DNA of 64,000 nucleotides from Promethearchaeota archaeon (lineage in GTDB: Archaea > Asgardarchaeota > Lokiarchaeia > Sigyniarchaeales > SOKP01), in the NCBI GenBank assembly GCA_048938445.1, contig JBHLME010000003.1, positions 15,824 through 79,823 of the forward strand. Direction: 5' to 3'. Shown here piece by piece: positions 20,240 to 30,987 of the stretch (its first letter is position 1; every line of letters begins with the position of its first letter). A program made the position numbers and the translations under genes. The notes under the pieces are model-generated. The model worked only from the letters and a program-made list of their open reading frames with translations. It made no database searches and was not told where the DNA came from.

Positions 20240-20512
20240 TTATTCCCTTTTATTTCTACGAGCAATATCTTTTAAATATAATTTCATGAAATATCTTTCT
20301 GAATTACAGTAATCTAACCGTTGCGATGTTGTCAAATCTTGATATTTTTGTAGAGTCTTATGCAACTTTCTTAAAATTAAAAGATTATCATTTAAAGGAT
20401 TTTTCCAATTTTCTTTTAAATAACTTGATAACTCCTCATCTATTTCATTTAATCTTGATAAGCTAGATTCCTTTATATTCAGTTCTTTCCTATCAGGTAT
20501 TCTTATACTCAT
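20240..20512 (-). CDS. Small hypothetical protein, paralog of 63698..63991
   Basis: C-terminal LTTSQRLDYCNSERYFMKLYLK motif shared with 63698..63991. Confidence 0.7.
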   Translation of the reverse strand: MSIRIPDRKELNIKESSLSRLNEIDEELSSYLKENWKNPLNDNLLILRKLHKTLQKYQDLTTSQRLDYCNSERYFMKLYLKDIARRNKRE

Positions 20513-20869
20513 TTATTCTCAAGAATTAGAACAATTATTTTTTGGCATCATAATTCTGGGATAAAACTATATGAAAGATATAAAATGTTTAATTTGAAAG
20601 AAAGTAATATTTATGTAATATATGGGCAATCGATAGTAATGAAATTTAAACATAAAAACTGAAATTTATTTAGTCTTTAAAAAATATTTCATAAAAAAAA
20701 GCTATATATAATGGAAGAATTAAGGATAATTAGTTTGGAGAAAAAATCTTATTTTTTATGATTCTCAATATAATTATTTATCCATTGGAGGGAAGAATTT
20801 AACATAATTAATTACATTACTTCTGTAAATTTCATTGAAATTAAGTTAAAAAAAAGTAAAAATTAGAAA

Positions 20870-21619
20870 TTAAACATTCCATCCTTTTTTCTTCAATATA
20901 TAGTTTTTTATACGTTCAGGCAAAGCAAAGGTAATATATAAACCGAACATTGCAACAACATAGAGAGCTCTACTAATGAATAAAAAAATCGCTATTTTAA
21001 ATGAAAATTCAAATACTGAAGCTATATTTGAAACAATCAAATAGAATAAAAAAGTTATACCCTTTAGTTTTACTACTGGATTTTCCGTTTTTAGAGAGTT
21101 TACGATAAAAATCACTCCTGTAATGATAAAGATAAATGTAAATATAATTACAGGGATATAATAAATTGGTGCAAAATCCAATTCAAAATCAGGTGTGTAA
21201 CCCGTGCCAAAAAGATGTCTCTGTCCTAATATTATTACGATTAAAGTAAAACAAAGATAAATCGCAATATATGCAATATAAATCCCCACAATAATTTTTT
21301 GTTTTTCCTTATAGAGGAGGTTAGTAAAAAGTAGTAACCATGCTGTAATTCCAACTGCACTAAAGATAAATAGTATCAAAAAATCAAGTTCAGGTAAAAT
21401 ATCGATACCACTTAACATGTAAAAAAAATAATTTATCGCAGAAATGTAGGAAAAAATAGCAAAAAAACTTATATATATCGCTACTAAAGCAATATTTTTA
21501 TCCTTGATTTTGTAGGATTTATATAATAAATAGGTACTTGCAATGGTAAATAATATCACCTGTAGTATCGTTAACATTAAATTAATTTGTTGTATGTCAA
21601 GTATTCCAATACCGTCCAT
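20870..21619 (-). CDS. Multi-pass (~7 TM) membrane protein
   Basis: About seven hydrophobic segments; C-terminal FALPERIKNY. Confidence 0.75.
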   Translation of the reverse strand: MDGIGILDIQQINLMLTILQVILFTIASTYLLYKSYKIKDKNIALVAIYISFFAIFSYISAINYFFYMLSGIDILPELDFLILFIFSAVGITAWLLLFTNLLYKEKQKIIVGIYIAYIAIYLCFTLIVIILGQRHLFGTGYTPDFELDFAPIYYIPVIIFTFIFIITGVIFIVNSLKTENPVVKLKGITFLFYLIVSNIASVFEFSFKIAIFLFISRALYVVAMFGLYITFALPERIKNYILKKKGWNV

Positions 21620-21854
21620 TTTTTTTTCATTCCAAATTTTTTATTTTTTTATATTTTAACTATTCCTTCAAAAAATAATTCAATTGTTTTATTAATAAAT
21701 TGATAATATTATTTAAAATGATTAATATAAAAAAATATTCCCAAAATCTATGATTTTTTCAACGAATCTTCGTGAAAAATGAATAAACCTAAATTTTAAA
21801 TATGTTATAGATCATTACTAGAATAATTCAAACATCTAAATTTGGTTTTTTTTC

Positions 21855-22718
21855 TTGATTTCTTCTGATGATTTATCAGTTAAAATAGTAGTTCGCTGTC
21901 CAATCTGTAATACTAAAGGTCAAATGAATATTGAAAAAAACATTATTGATCAAAATACAAAGGGAATTACGGCAATTAATGTTGCAGAAAATCTCATATG
22001 TGAACATTCATTTGTAACCTATGTTGATAAAAATCTCGTCATAAGGGATTCATTCGTTTGTGATTTTAAGGTTGAAATACCCGAGATTGAGGATCCCGAA
22101 TTAGAAAGATTTGAAGCACCAAACCTTTTTGATATAAGCATTATAAAATTAAATTTAATGCCTTCAGTACTCGCTAAGTTAATTAAAGCGATACTTTTAG
22201 GAGAAAAAATTGTTTATATCTCAGATCAAGAACATTTAAATGAGCATTATCTTAAGTTTTTACAATATATCTTTGGAGACACTTTTAATATAGAAATAAT
22301 TTTTCTCCCACTTAGAGAATATAAGAGAAGTTCTAAAGATTATCGAGAATATTTCGTTTTAAATGGAAATAACATTCTAAGAGATAATAATAAAATAATT
22401 GAACAAGCAAAATTGAAGATTGAAAACTCTATTGTACAAAAATTTTTTAGGGATTATGATGATATTTCGAGTTTAATCCTCTTTAAAAATGAAATCAATA
22501 AAATTGAACGAATAATACATCAAATACTCAAGTATCATAAATCGCAAAAAGAAGGACAAGAATTTAGGACACCAGAAGCTATTTCTTATTTGAATAACAT
22601 TTATAAAATTAATATACCACTTTCTTACTTTAACTTCTTATTAGACATCATTGAATCTTACTTTGTTTTGGACTTAAATAGGCCCTCAAAAATGACTGAC
22701 TTTTTAGGGTTACTCTAA
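21855..22718 (+). CDS. Zn-ribbon + possible cDENN-like domain protein
   Basis: CPIC...CEH Zn ribbon; LIKAILLGEKIVYISD resembles the cDENN core. The fold call is tentative. Confidence 0.6.
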   Translation: MISSDDLSVKIVVRCPICNTKGQMNIEKNIIDQNTKGITAINVAENLICEHSFVTYVDKNLVIRDSFVCDFKVEIPEIEDPELERFEAPNLFDISIIKLNLMPSVLAKLIKAILLGEKIVYISDQEHLNEHYLKFLQYIFGDTFNIEIIFLPLREYKRSSKDYREYFVLNGNNILRDNNKIIEQAKLKIENSIVQKFFRDYDDISSLILFKNEINKIERIIHQILKYHKSQKEGQEFRTPEAISYLNNIYKINIPLSYFNFLLDIIESYFVLDLNRPSKMTDFLGLL

Positions 22719-22982
22719 AATATTTTACGATGATGCTTTTTTAATCTACTACAAGTTTTGTTCAACCTTAAAGACATTCTTTGGTTTTTTATTGAAATAT
22801 AAATATTTTTAGTGTAGGGTATATCATATATGCCACTAAAATTAGGTTATAAAGTGTTTTTAAAAATAGTTAAAAGTCTTACATATGAAATTTTACATTT
22901 TTTATCTAAAAATAAAATTAAAAGAAAGTTATAATATATATAGACTGTCAAAAAAAATAAAGTATTTAGTCGTCAAGTTTCT

Positions 22983-24158
22983 ATGATCATTGAAGTCTTA
23001 ATCTGTGCTGATATGGCATACAAAAGAAAAGCGTTGAGCACGTTCATTTCCTCAAATCCATACATGGTTATCGTGAATATTGCACGAAATGGGATTGATG
23101 CCATGAAGATGGTAGAAAAATACTCACCAGACATCATGGTGCTTGATATTAAAAGTGATAACCTAAAATTCTTATATGGATTTAAAGAATTAAATAAAAA
23201 TCATATCCTTCCAACGATCTTTATCTTAGAGTATGATGATGATATCAATTCAATTGGAAATATTTTATTAAATTTAGATTTTAAAGAATTCTATTATGTA
23301 AGAAAACCTGAAGGAACTTACCAAGAGCAATACAAAGGGATAATCGATCCTTTGACCAATAAAATTCTTAAGATCACGAGAACGAAGTATAAAAAAATAG
23401 AAGAAAAAAAAAAGTATTTAAGAGAAACATTAAATCAACGAGATGACTTCTATTATAACAAATTCCAGAAAAAAGATACAGTAATAGATACAAGTCCCAC
23501 GAAGATTGAAAAAGATGAGTCTAATGAGCTAGATCTCACTGATGTGTCTTTAACTCCTGATCTAGATATCCATTTAGAAACAAATATAATTGTAATGGGT
23601 GCAAGTGTTGGTGGTCCAAAAACGTTTAGAAAAATTCTGAAAGAAATACCTCCTTCATTTCCTAGTCCTATTTTATTAGTTCAGCATTTAGATCATTTTT
23701 TCATGCGTCAATTTGCCGTAAACCTTAAACGTGATTGTAATCTATCCGTTAAAATACCTCGAAATGGTGAACAAATAGAACCACAGACAATTTATGTTTC
23801 TCCAGGGGGATATCACATGGAGATAATAGTTCTAAGTAATAAACCATGTATAAGAATATTTGAAGGAGAACCAGTGAATTTTTGTAGACCTTCCGTGGAT
23901 GTACTTTTCAATTCAGCAGCTCGAGTATATAGAAATCACACATTAGGTATCCTTTTAACTGGTATGGGTAAAGATGGTGTTAATGGGCTCTTAGCAATAA
24001 AAAAAATGGGTGGAAAAACCATAGCAGAATCAGAGGAAACTAGTATTTTATATGGAATGCCTAAAATGGCAAAAGAAAGCAAAGCTGCAGATAACATTCT
24101 TCCCAATTACAAGATTAAAAATTATATGATTAATTTTGCTAAGAGATTACATGAATAA
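22983..24158 (+). CDS. cheB: Chemotaxis methylesterase CheB with N-terminal receiver domain
   Basis: Receiver ARNGIDA...PDIMVLD; catalytic GASVGG, VQH, RPSVDVLF, LTGMGKDG, YGMP. Confidence 0.93.
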   Translation: MIIEVLICADMAYKRKALSTFISSNPYMVIVNIARNGIDAMKMVEKYSPDIMVLDIKSDNLKFLYGFKELNKNHILPTIFILEYDDDINSIGNILLNLDFKEFYYVRKPEGTYQEQYKGIIDPLTNKILKITRTKYKKIEEKKKYLRETLNQRDDFYYNKFQKKDTVIDTSPTKIEKDESNELDLTDVSLTPDLDIHLETNIIVMGASVGGPKTFRKILKEIPPSFPSPILLVQHLDHFFMRQFAVNLKRDCNLSVKIPRNGEQIEPQTIYVSPGGYHMEIIVLSNKPCIRIFEGEPVNFCRPSVDVLFNSAARVYRNHTLGILLTGMGKDGVNGLLAIKKMGGKTIAESEETSILYGMPKMAKESKAADNILPNYKIKNYMINFAKRLHE

Positions 24159-24187
24159 ACAGATTTAAAAATAATAAATAGCTTAGT

Positions 24188-24892
24188 ATGTATATGAAGT
24201 TGTATAAGATTAGTGAAGAGGGAACTCTAAACGAGGTTAATAAATTAGACTTCATAGAAGATGATGTTTACATCGTAGATGATGATAAAACTATTTATAT
24301 TTGGGTTGGGCTTAAGGTCCCTCAATCATTAAAAGATACAACAGCAAGCACTGCGCGTCAACTTGATAAAGAAAGGGGCGGAGCATCAAAAATATTAATC
24401 ATGAAACAAAACCGGGAATATGGATCATTTTTAGCTATTATGTCTCAATTAAAAAAAGGCTTGAAAGCAGGGATTGACGTTGAACGGCGACCAGAATTAG
24501 AATTAGAACCTCCAGATGTAATTAAATGGTTAAATCAACTTAAAAAATATCGTAAAATTGCACCAGAACTTAAATATGCTGTCTTTAGGGAAGGATACCC
24601 GGTAATTGAAGAGGAAGAAGTTCAAGAAGAACTTAATTTTGAAGAGCAAGTGAGAGTTGCCGCATATTATCTATCTAAAGAGGATTATACTTATGATGAG
24701 TTATGCTGGATGCTTGCAGAACGAATTATGAAACAAATGACTCGATTAGCCTCAATTGAGGATATAAGACTCAAAGCAGAAGAAGTCTTTAGATCTTCCA
24801 GTACATATGATGAACTATGTTGGTTAATTGGAGAACTTGATATTCTAAATAAATTCAATTTTTTTGAAGATGAAATTACTCCTACCCTTTAA
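24188..24892 (+). CDS. Asgard gelsolin-like protein (one gelsolin domain + domain X)
   Basis: Gelsolin motif DDVYIVDDDKTIYIWVG...Q.RE; C-terminal repeated YDELCW.(LA/IG)E helices. Confidence 0.85.
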   Translation: MYMKLYKISEEGTLNEVNKLDFIEDDVYIVDDDKTIYIWVGLKVPQSLKDTTASTARQLDKERGGASKILIMKQNREYGSFLAIMSQLKKGLKAGIDVERRPELELEPPDVIKWLNQLKKYRKIAPELKYAVFREGYPVIEEEEVQEELNFEEQVRVAAYYLSKEDYTYDELCWMLAERIMKQMTRLASIEDIRLKAEEVFRSSSTYDELCWLIGELDILNKFNFFEDEITPTL

Positions 24893-25312
24893 CGTTTTTA
24901 ATATTCAAATGTTATACCAATTTATTTTTTCTATTTTCATTAAAAATTTTTAAAATTTCATCATATTCGAGATTTAATATAACTTTCAAAAAGATTATTT
25001 CTAAATAATTTGGTAGTATTAAAAGAATAAAAAAAAATGATTACAATTACTTTACAATTTTGTATATAGAAATTCAAGATAATTCATTACTTACTGTTTT
25101 TTTAAAAATGCTTCTTCCTAAATGTTTGAGATAAATAGTCTTCCTAAAGAAAATTATTAAAAAATGGTACTGAGAGAACTAATCAAACAAAAGATGAATC
25201 CAACTCCCATTATTTGCTCTATACTTCATTTAGTCATTTTTCTTTTTTTTCAAGAAAAATTTGCGAAAAACTTTTAATGACATTTAAATAGGAACTAGTG
25301 ATAATTATATAA

Positions 25313-27607
25313 TTGAGAGAAAAAATGCCATGTTCAAGGAAAAATAAAAGTATTGCAATATTTATCTTTTTTTTATTGATTCTATGCTTAATTTTGTTTA
25401 GTAATGTCAGAATTTCATATGCGTTAGATAGTAGCGATTCTTTAATAGTCGATTTAAATTTCCTAACTCATGAATTCTCTGATAAAAAAGAAACAATGAA
25501 TAATGTAAGCGCGATTAATATTGAATTGCCCTCATCAACTTGGAATATTACCCAATTAGAAATTAATTTTACAAATATTGAATATTATAGCCGAGAGCTG
25601 AAAACTATTGAAGATTATCCAAATAGTGATGAATTTTTTGTAGACAAGCAAAACACAGAAGGAATTGGAGTTCAAATTAGTATAAATGAGATTACAACGA
25701 TTTATGGTGCTTATCTTAATTTAAAGATATTAGATATCCATATGCATGATGAGCTATATGTTCGAATAAGAGGTTATGATTCATCAATCAATGCACCAAA
25801 TAATACAATCTATGGAGAAGTAACTTTAAATAATACCATAATTGATGGTTGGAATTATCAGAACTTTTCATCATCCATAAGACTCCCTAAAGGTAATTAT
25901 TTTTTAGTACTGGAAGGATTTATTCAGGCGGAAGGTAAATATCATTGGTATTGTAATGATTTAAATCCTAATAATCCCAATTTATATATATCAAAAAAAA
26001 GCGGATCTGGTTGGAGCAATGGAATTCAAAATTCACCATTTTTATATAAATTAGATCAAGAGATAAAGAAGAATAATGCTACCCCAGAAGAATTCAATAT
26101 GACTGCTGAAATAAATGAAGCATCTTATAATATCCTCAATGGTCCATATAATGGTTCTGGAACACTTAATTTAAAAGCTATCAATTTTTCTCCTCAGGAG
26201 GAAATTTTTCATATTAATGTGAAACCAAACAAATTCTTCTTTAATTTGAGTTATTATATTAAATTGAAAAATCAATTCTATTCTAATGGTTTCGTTAATA
26301 TAACGGAAAATCAAGATAATTTATGGAAAATTATTCCTGATATTAATAGGTGTAATTATAATTATAGCGTCAAGATTAAATTACCAAATAATTATTATGA
26401 TTTAATGGTATTGAAAGACAGTGTAGATATTACTCTATCTGAGAGTATTTTGAATGATGGATATTTTTTATATATATTGAATGATACCATTGATAATGAT
26501 GTTAACTGGGAAATCATGGTAAAATCACCACAAATCGATTTAACTTTAGATCTCAGTAGAGGTACTGAATTTGAATTAGGTAAAGAATTAATTTTTTCTG
26601 CCATAGCTCCAATTAGAGAAGGAAATTTTACCTTTATTGTTTATAATGAACTTGGAGCGGAATTGGAACGAACTATAATACCTGTAGTTTTAGATGAAAC
26701 TATTTATTCTTTCAATATAGAACCAACCGCTTCTCTTGGAGTTTGGTCCGTCTATATATATTGGAACAATTATTATGAGGCTAGCGTTAAATCTCAAGAA
26801 TTCACTATTATTCCCCCTTCCTCTGGCAGTTCCTCTCCGCTTGATCTAAATCCTATTCTAATAATTATAATAGCTTTAATTTTAATTAGTGGTACAATAA
26901 GTGTTACTGGTTACCAAACTATAAAAAGAAAAAAGAGAGGAAGAGACTTAAAAATTAAGAAAATTTCAAATAAATTTAAGGATATACTCAGTCTAAATTA
27001 TTTAATGATTTCTGATATTAGATCTGGAGTAAATTTATTCGAACAATTCTATATGGGAAAATCAATGGAACCAAGTCTAATTTCAGGATTTTTAGATGCT
27101 ATAAAAAATTTTGGGATTGAATTAACCGGTTCTTATAGAAAAACTGAAACATTAACTCTGGATTATGAAGATTCAATAATTTTAATGAATGAATGTTCAA
27201 ATTTCAGGTTAATTATAATAACTTCAGATAAACCTTCAGAGGAATTGACAAATTCAATCACTAATTTAGCAAATGAAATTGAAGAAAAATATGGGGATCA
27301 GATTCAAAAATTCAGTGGAGGACTAATAACTCAATTTAGAGGTATAAAAGAGTTAATAGAAAAGCATCTGAACGTTTCGTTTGCCTCTCCATTAAAAATA
27401 ATTCAATCTACGAAAATAAAACTTGATGCTAGGGAAAAAGTAATCATAGAAAGAGCTAAAGAAATTATGAAACAAACTAATTTAAATTATTTTTATACAA
27501 CATTTCTGATGCCTGATCAACAATTCGATCTTGGAACTACTAAAACCATATTTAATTTGATTGAAAAAAATATATTTAAACCAATTAATTTAAATTTTAA
27601 AGAATGA
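25313..27607 (+). CDS. Single-pass membrane protein with a large extracellular region and a cytoplasmic longin-like domain
   Basis: N-terminal hydrophobic signal; beta-rich ectodomain with many NxS/T sequons; TM at ~515-535 followed by KRKKR; YLMISDIRSGVNLF...LISGFLDAIKNFG. Confidence 0.78.
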   Translation: MREKMPCSRKNKSIAIFIFFLLILCLILFSNVRISYALDSSDSLIVDLNFLTHEFSDKKETMNNVSAINIELPSSTWNITQLEINFTNIEYYSRELKTIEDYPNSDEFFVDKQNTEGIGVQISINEITTIYGAYLNLKILDIHMHDELYVRIRGYDSSINAPNNTIYGEVTLNNTIIDGWNYQNFSSSIRLPKGNYFLVLEGFIQAEGKYHWYCNDLNPNNPNLYISKKSGSGWSNGIQNSPFLYKLDQEIKKNNATPEEFNMTAEINEASYNILNGPYNGSGTLNLKAINFSPQEEIFHINVKPNKFFFNLSYYIKLKNQFYSNGFVNITENQDNLWKIIPDINRCNYNYSVKIKLPNNYYDLMVLKDSVDITLSESILNDGYFLYILNDTIDNDVNWEIMVKSPQIDLTLDLSRGTEFELGKELIFSAIAPIREGNFTFIVYNELGAELERTIIPVVLDETIYSFNIEPTASLGVWSVYIYWNNYYEASVKSQEFTIIPPSSGSSSPLDLNPILIIIIALILISGTISVTGYQTIKRKKRGRDLKIKKISNKFKDILSLNYLMISDIRSGVNLFEQFYMGKSMEPSLISGFLDAIKNFGIELTGSYRKTETLTLDYEDSIILMNECSNFRLIIITSDKPSEELTNSITNLANEIEEKYGDQIQKFSGGLITQFRGIKELIEKHLNVSFASPLKIIQSTKIKLDAREKVIIERAKEIMKQTNLNYFYTTFLMPDQQFDLGTTKTIFNLIEKNIFKPINLNFKE

Positions 27608-27707
27608 ATATTAGAATTAGAGTAAATGTAATCAACAAATATTTTAATTGAAAAATCCTAGAATAATTAATTTTACATCAAAAAATAATATAAAATAGTA
27701 TTATATA

Positions 27708-28151
27708 ATGGACGAAATAATTTGGATTTATATCATTGATAAATCTGGAGCAACAATTTTTAGTTATGAAAATTATATCAAGGGAACTTCTCAAGTTAAC
27801 CATGCTTTGTTATCTCATTTTATTCATGCGTTACAATCAGTTGCAAATAATATTAAAGAGGATGAAATTAAAGAAGTTCTTATAGATAAAAATAAATTCT
27901 TCCTAATTAAAGAAAAATTAACAAATTTTCTCTTTATTTTAAAAACTAAACTAAATACTGAATCTGAAATTATTAATCCAATATTGAAAAAAATTAAAGA
28001 TATGTTTATTGAAAGATTTGCAGGACATTTCACTTTGCCTATTCAAGAAAAGGTAAAGATTTTAAAATCTTTCAAGGAAGATGTTAAAAGAATAATTGAG
28101 GGTAAAAACAACGTGTCATCCTTGATTGATTCACTCTCAAGAATGAATTGA
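27708..28151 (+). CDS. Stand-alone longin-like domain protein
   Basis: IYIIDKSGATIFSY...LLSHFIHALQSVA...LKKIKDMFIERF longin pattern. Confidence 0.78.
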   Translation: MDEIIWIYIIDKSGATIFSYENYIKGTSQVNHALLSHFIHALQSVANNIKEDEIKEVLIDKNKFFLIKEKLTNFLFILKTKLNTESEIINPILKKIKDMFIERFAGHFTLPIQEKVKILKSFKEDVKRIIEGKNNVSSLIDSLSRMN

Positions 28152-28339
28152 GACCCTTAAACTGAATCACGTTAATTCATTTTATATTTACATTCAGTTG
28201 TTTTAAATTCTTAGAAGAATTCGTCGAAGATGAGTTGTTGATCATCCAAATAATGATCATTTGTTAAATGAATCACATTCAAGGATTAGAAATAATATTT
28301 AGATCACCTAGAAGAAGGAATAACTCCTACAGATTAATA

Positions 28340-29269
28340 TTATATTTGTTTGAATGCTTTCTCTAATACCTCTTGAAATTTCTCAAATTCTTTCTTTATT
28401 TGAAAATGTTCAGCTTTATTTGTCGTGAGACCTAAATAAAAAACATTATCACCGTTTTCAGATTTGACTTCAAATTTTTTGACATATTCCTTTTGATCAT
28501 TAAAAAATGAGGTTCTTTCAGAAAAGTGAACTTTTTCATTCACGAGACTCTGAAAAAACTCTAAATCTTCACTAATTTTCGTACTTATTTTTTGTTCAAA
28601 ATCCCTAGTGTCAGTTATCTCAGAATAATAGTCTGCTATGATTAATCCTGATTCATCATATAAGATAATATAGTTTGATTCTAAGCTTTTTCCAAGGTCT
28701 TCAATATATGAATTGACACCATTCAAGTTTATTAATTGACTCAATGAGTATGATACTGCTTTTGATAAGGAGGAGATATCATAATAGGTGGTATCAAAAA
28801 ACTTGAATCTCATGTGACTATTTTGTTCTAATATTAATTTTTTTAATCTATCCCGACGAGTTATTATTTCTACATCTTGCTTTAAATTTGGATCAAATTT
28901 GCTAAAACACACCATTACTTCATGGGAGTATTCCATATCATTATAAATAATTAAAAGTTTCTTCAAATAAGCAAGTGAATCTTCAAACTTACTTTCATCT
29001 TGAATGTCAATGATATAGTATAGAAAATCCGTTTCTTCAAAATAAACAAGGTTTTTTACGTATAATTGCCTGTATTTAACTTGCCCTCCCATATCCCATA
29101 TATTTATTGCGAAAAGATTCAAAAAATTAAATGAATTAAATTCTATTAATTTCGTGGGTAATAATTCCTTCACTAATTCATAAAAATTATATTTCCTTCT
29201 CAGGGCAATTAAAAAACTGGTTTTTCCAGCATTGTCCAAACCCGTAAAAGCAATTTTTATCTCTTTCAA
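28340..29269 (-). CDS. Arf/Rag-like small GTPase with C-terminal roadblock-like domain
   Basis: GLDNAGKTS, WDMGGQ, SKFD; C-terminal YIILYDESGLIIADY. Confidence 0.85.
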   Translation of the reverse strand: MKEIKIAFTGLDNAGKTSFLIALRRKYNFYELVKELLPTKLIEFNSFNFLNLFAINIWDMGGQVKYRQLYVKNLVYFEETDFLYYIIDIQDESKFEDSLAYLKKLLIIYNDMEYSHEVMVCFSKFDPNLKQDVEIITRRDRLKKLILEQNSHMRFKFFDTTYYDISSLSKAVSYSLSQLINLNGVNSYIEDLGKSLESNYIILYDESGLIIADYYSEITDTRDFEQKISTKISEDLEFFQSLVNEKVHFSERTSFFNDQKEYVKKFEVKSENGDNVFYLGLTTNKAEHFQIKKEFEKFQEVLEKAFKQI

Positions 29270-29356
29270 GATATGCGAATTCCAACTTAATAAATAATAT
29301 TAAAAATATTATGAAAAAAGAAGTATTTATGTTTTTTGTAATCGTAAATGAATAAT

Positions 29357-30001
29357 TTAAAAAATTCTACTTACAAATTCTTCAAATTTCATGCTTCTCA
29401 ATTGTTCTGCCCAAAGTGTCTTTAAATTTGGTTTATCTGGCAGAATATTTTCAGTTTTTAAAAGTTCATAAAGTTTTTCAACGGTTCTTTCAATTAACAA
29501 TGCTTGAAAAGTAATTTTATCTTTCACATCCTTAGTGCTTTCATCTATTTCATTTTTCATTTCTTTAATTATCCTCATCCAGTTCTCTGCAAACTTCATG
29601 ATCAATTGATCAGTTTTCATTAATTCTTCCATTTTATAAATGGGAAAAGTAATTTCATATTTTTCTCCATCAAATTTTATCAAATCATTCCATTCAAGGA
29701 TTAATAAGTGATTTTCGAGGGTTTTGTTTTTCCACTGGTAATTAACATTACATTTATATTCATCGTTTTGAATTAAAAGAGGTCTTGGTGAAAAATTAAT
29801 AGTATCATGAAGTTGTTGAAAGGTTTTTGGGCCATCAGCAAGTTTAATGAGTATCTCTCTTCGAACCTTACTTTCGACTACCCAAGGTATTTCAGAATCA
29901 TCCCAGGGTTTATTCGATGCAAAATCGAACCATGGTTGTATTTCATCTACATTTATTTTTCCTACAAATCGATAATCATTATATTTTGTATTTTCTTTCA
30001 T
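29357..30001 (-). CDS. Hypothetical winged-helix (ArsR-like) protein, co-oriented downstream of sufCB
   Basis: VRREILIKLADGPKTFQQL...LENHLLILEWNDLIKF; GGAGG SD. Confidence 0.6.
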   Translation of the reverse strand: MKENTKYNDYRFVGKINVDEIQPWFDFASNKPWDDSEIPWVVESKVRREILIKLADGPKTFQQLHDTINFSPRPLLIQNDEYKCNVNYQWKNKTLENHLLILEWNDLIKFDGEKYEITFPIYKMEELMKTDQLIMKFAENWMRIIKEMKNEIDESTKDVKDKITFQALLIERTVEKLYELLKTENILPDKPNLKTLWAEQLRSMKFEEFVSRIF

Positions 30002-30024
30002 GTTTATCCTCCCTTAACAAGAAT

Positions 30025-30987
30025 TCATTCCTCTCCCAACATTGCCTCAATTAATACTTCCGTGGCTTCTTCTTCAGTCAAACCTTTGGCCATTATTTCA
30101 TCTAACCACTTTTGTGGAAAGCGACCTAAAGAAGCCTCATGAGAAACGCTAGAAGTTGGATCAGTAGCCCGGATAAATGGTCTTGCCCTGCAAATAGATC
30201 CTTTTCCAAGAACAATTTCACTACACTCAACATGACCATTACAATGTGGAGCATTACCTTCCGTTATGCCATACATCAACACTTCTCCCCCATCACGTGC
30301 GGCAGCTTTCATTTTCAGAATACTTCTTGCGTTTTCTCCTTCTAAGTAGATTGCATCTCGAATTCTCACGGAATCATTTTTATTCTTGCCAAATGCTTTT
30401 ATATTAGATCTGATGACACTATTTTCCATAGCATAAATATCTAGCATAATTTTTACCTTACCTGGAGTTCCTTTAGTTAAATTAAAATTATTTTCAAACA
30501 CGCTATTTTCTCCAATATACATATACCCAACTGGTGCAACTAACGCTCCACTATTCTCTCCATGATAATGAGTTTCACTGTAAGTAAAATTACAATTTTT
30601 TCCTATATAGAAATGTCCAAACATTTTATGAATCAGTCCATTTGCATTAGGAAAACTACAATGTGCTTGAACAATTACATCAGTATTGTCCTCCGCAATT
30701 ATTCGCGGAAAAATCTCTTGAATTCCCGTTTGCTTGTTAACACCAAAGCATAAATGAACGGGTTCTTCAATTTTAGTTCCTTCCTTGATGACTATATCTG
30801 CTACAATTCCATTAGGAATTTCTCTTCCCTTGAGGATTATTCCCTCATATTGCTCGACACCCTTAATTTTGTTAAAATCTAAAAGTAATTTGGCACCTTT
30901 TCCATGACCTGGTATGAAATCATTAATATCAATATTATAATCTTCTAAACTTTCCAATATTTCTTCGGGATAATCACTATTGGTCAT
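30025..30987 (-). CDS. sufB: SufB/SufD-family Fe-S scaffold (SMS-type SmsB)
   Basis: PVHLCFG, AHCSFP, GHVECSEI, VSHEASLG, KGLTEEEA. Confidence 0.88.
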   Translation of the reverse strand: MTNSDYPEEILESLEDYNIDINDFIPGHGKGAKLLLDFNKIKGVEQYEGIILKGREIPNGIVADIVIKEGTKIEEPVHLCFGVNKQTGIQEIFPRIIAEDNTDVIVQAHCSFPNANGLIHKMFGHFYIGKNCNFTYSETHYHGENSGALVAPVGYMYIGENSVFENNFNLTKGTPGKVKIMLDIYAMENSVIRSNIKAFGKNKNDSVRIRDAIYLEGENARSILKMKAAARDGGEVLMYGITEGNAPHCNGHVECSEIVLGKGSICRARPFIRATDPTSSVSHEASLGRFPQKWLDEIMAKGLTEEEATEVLIEAMLGEE

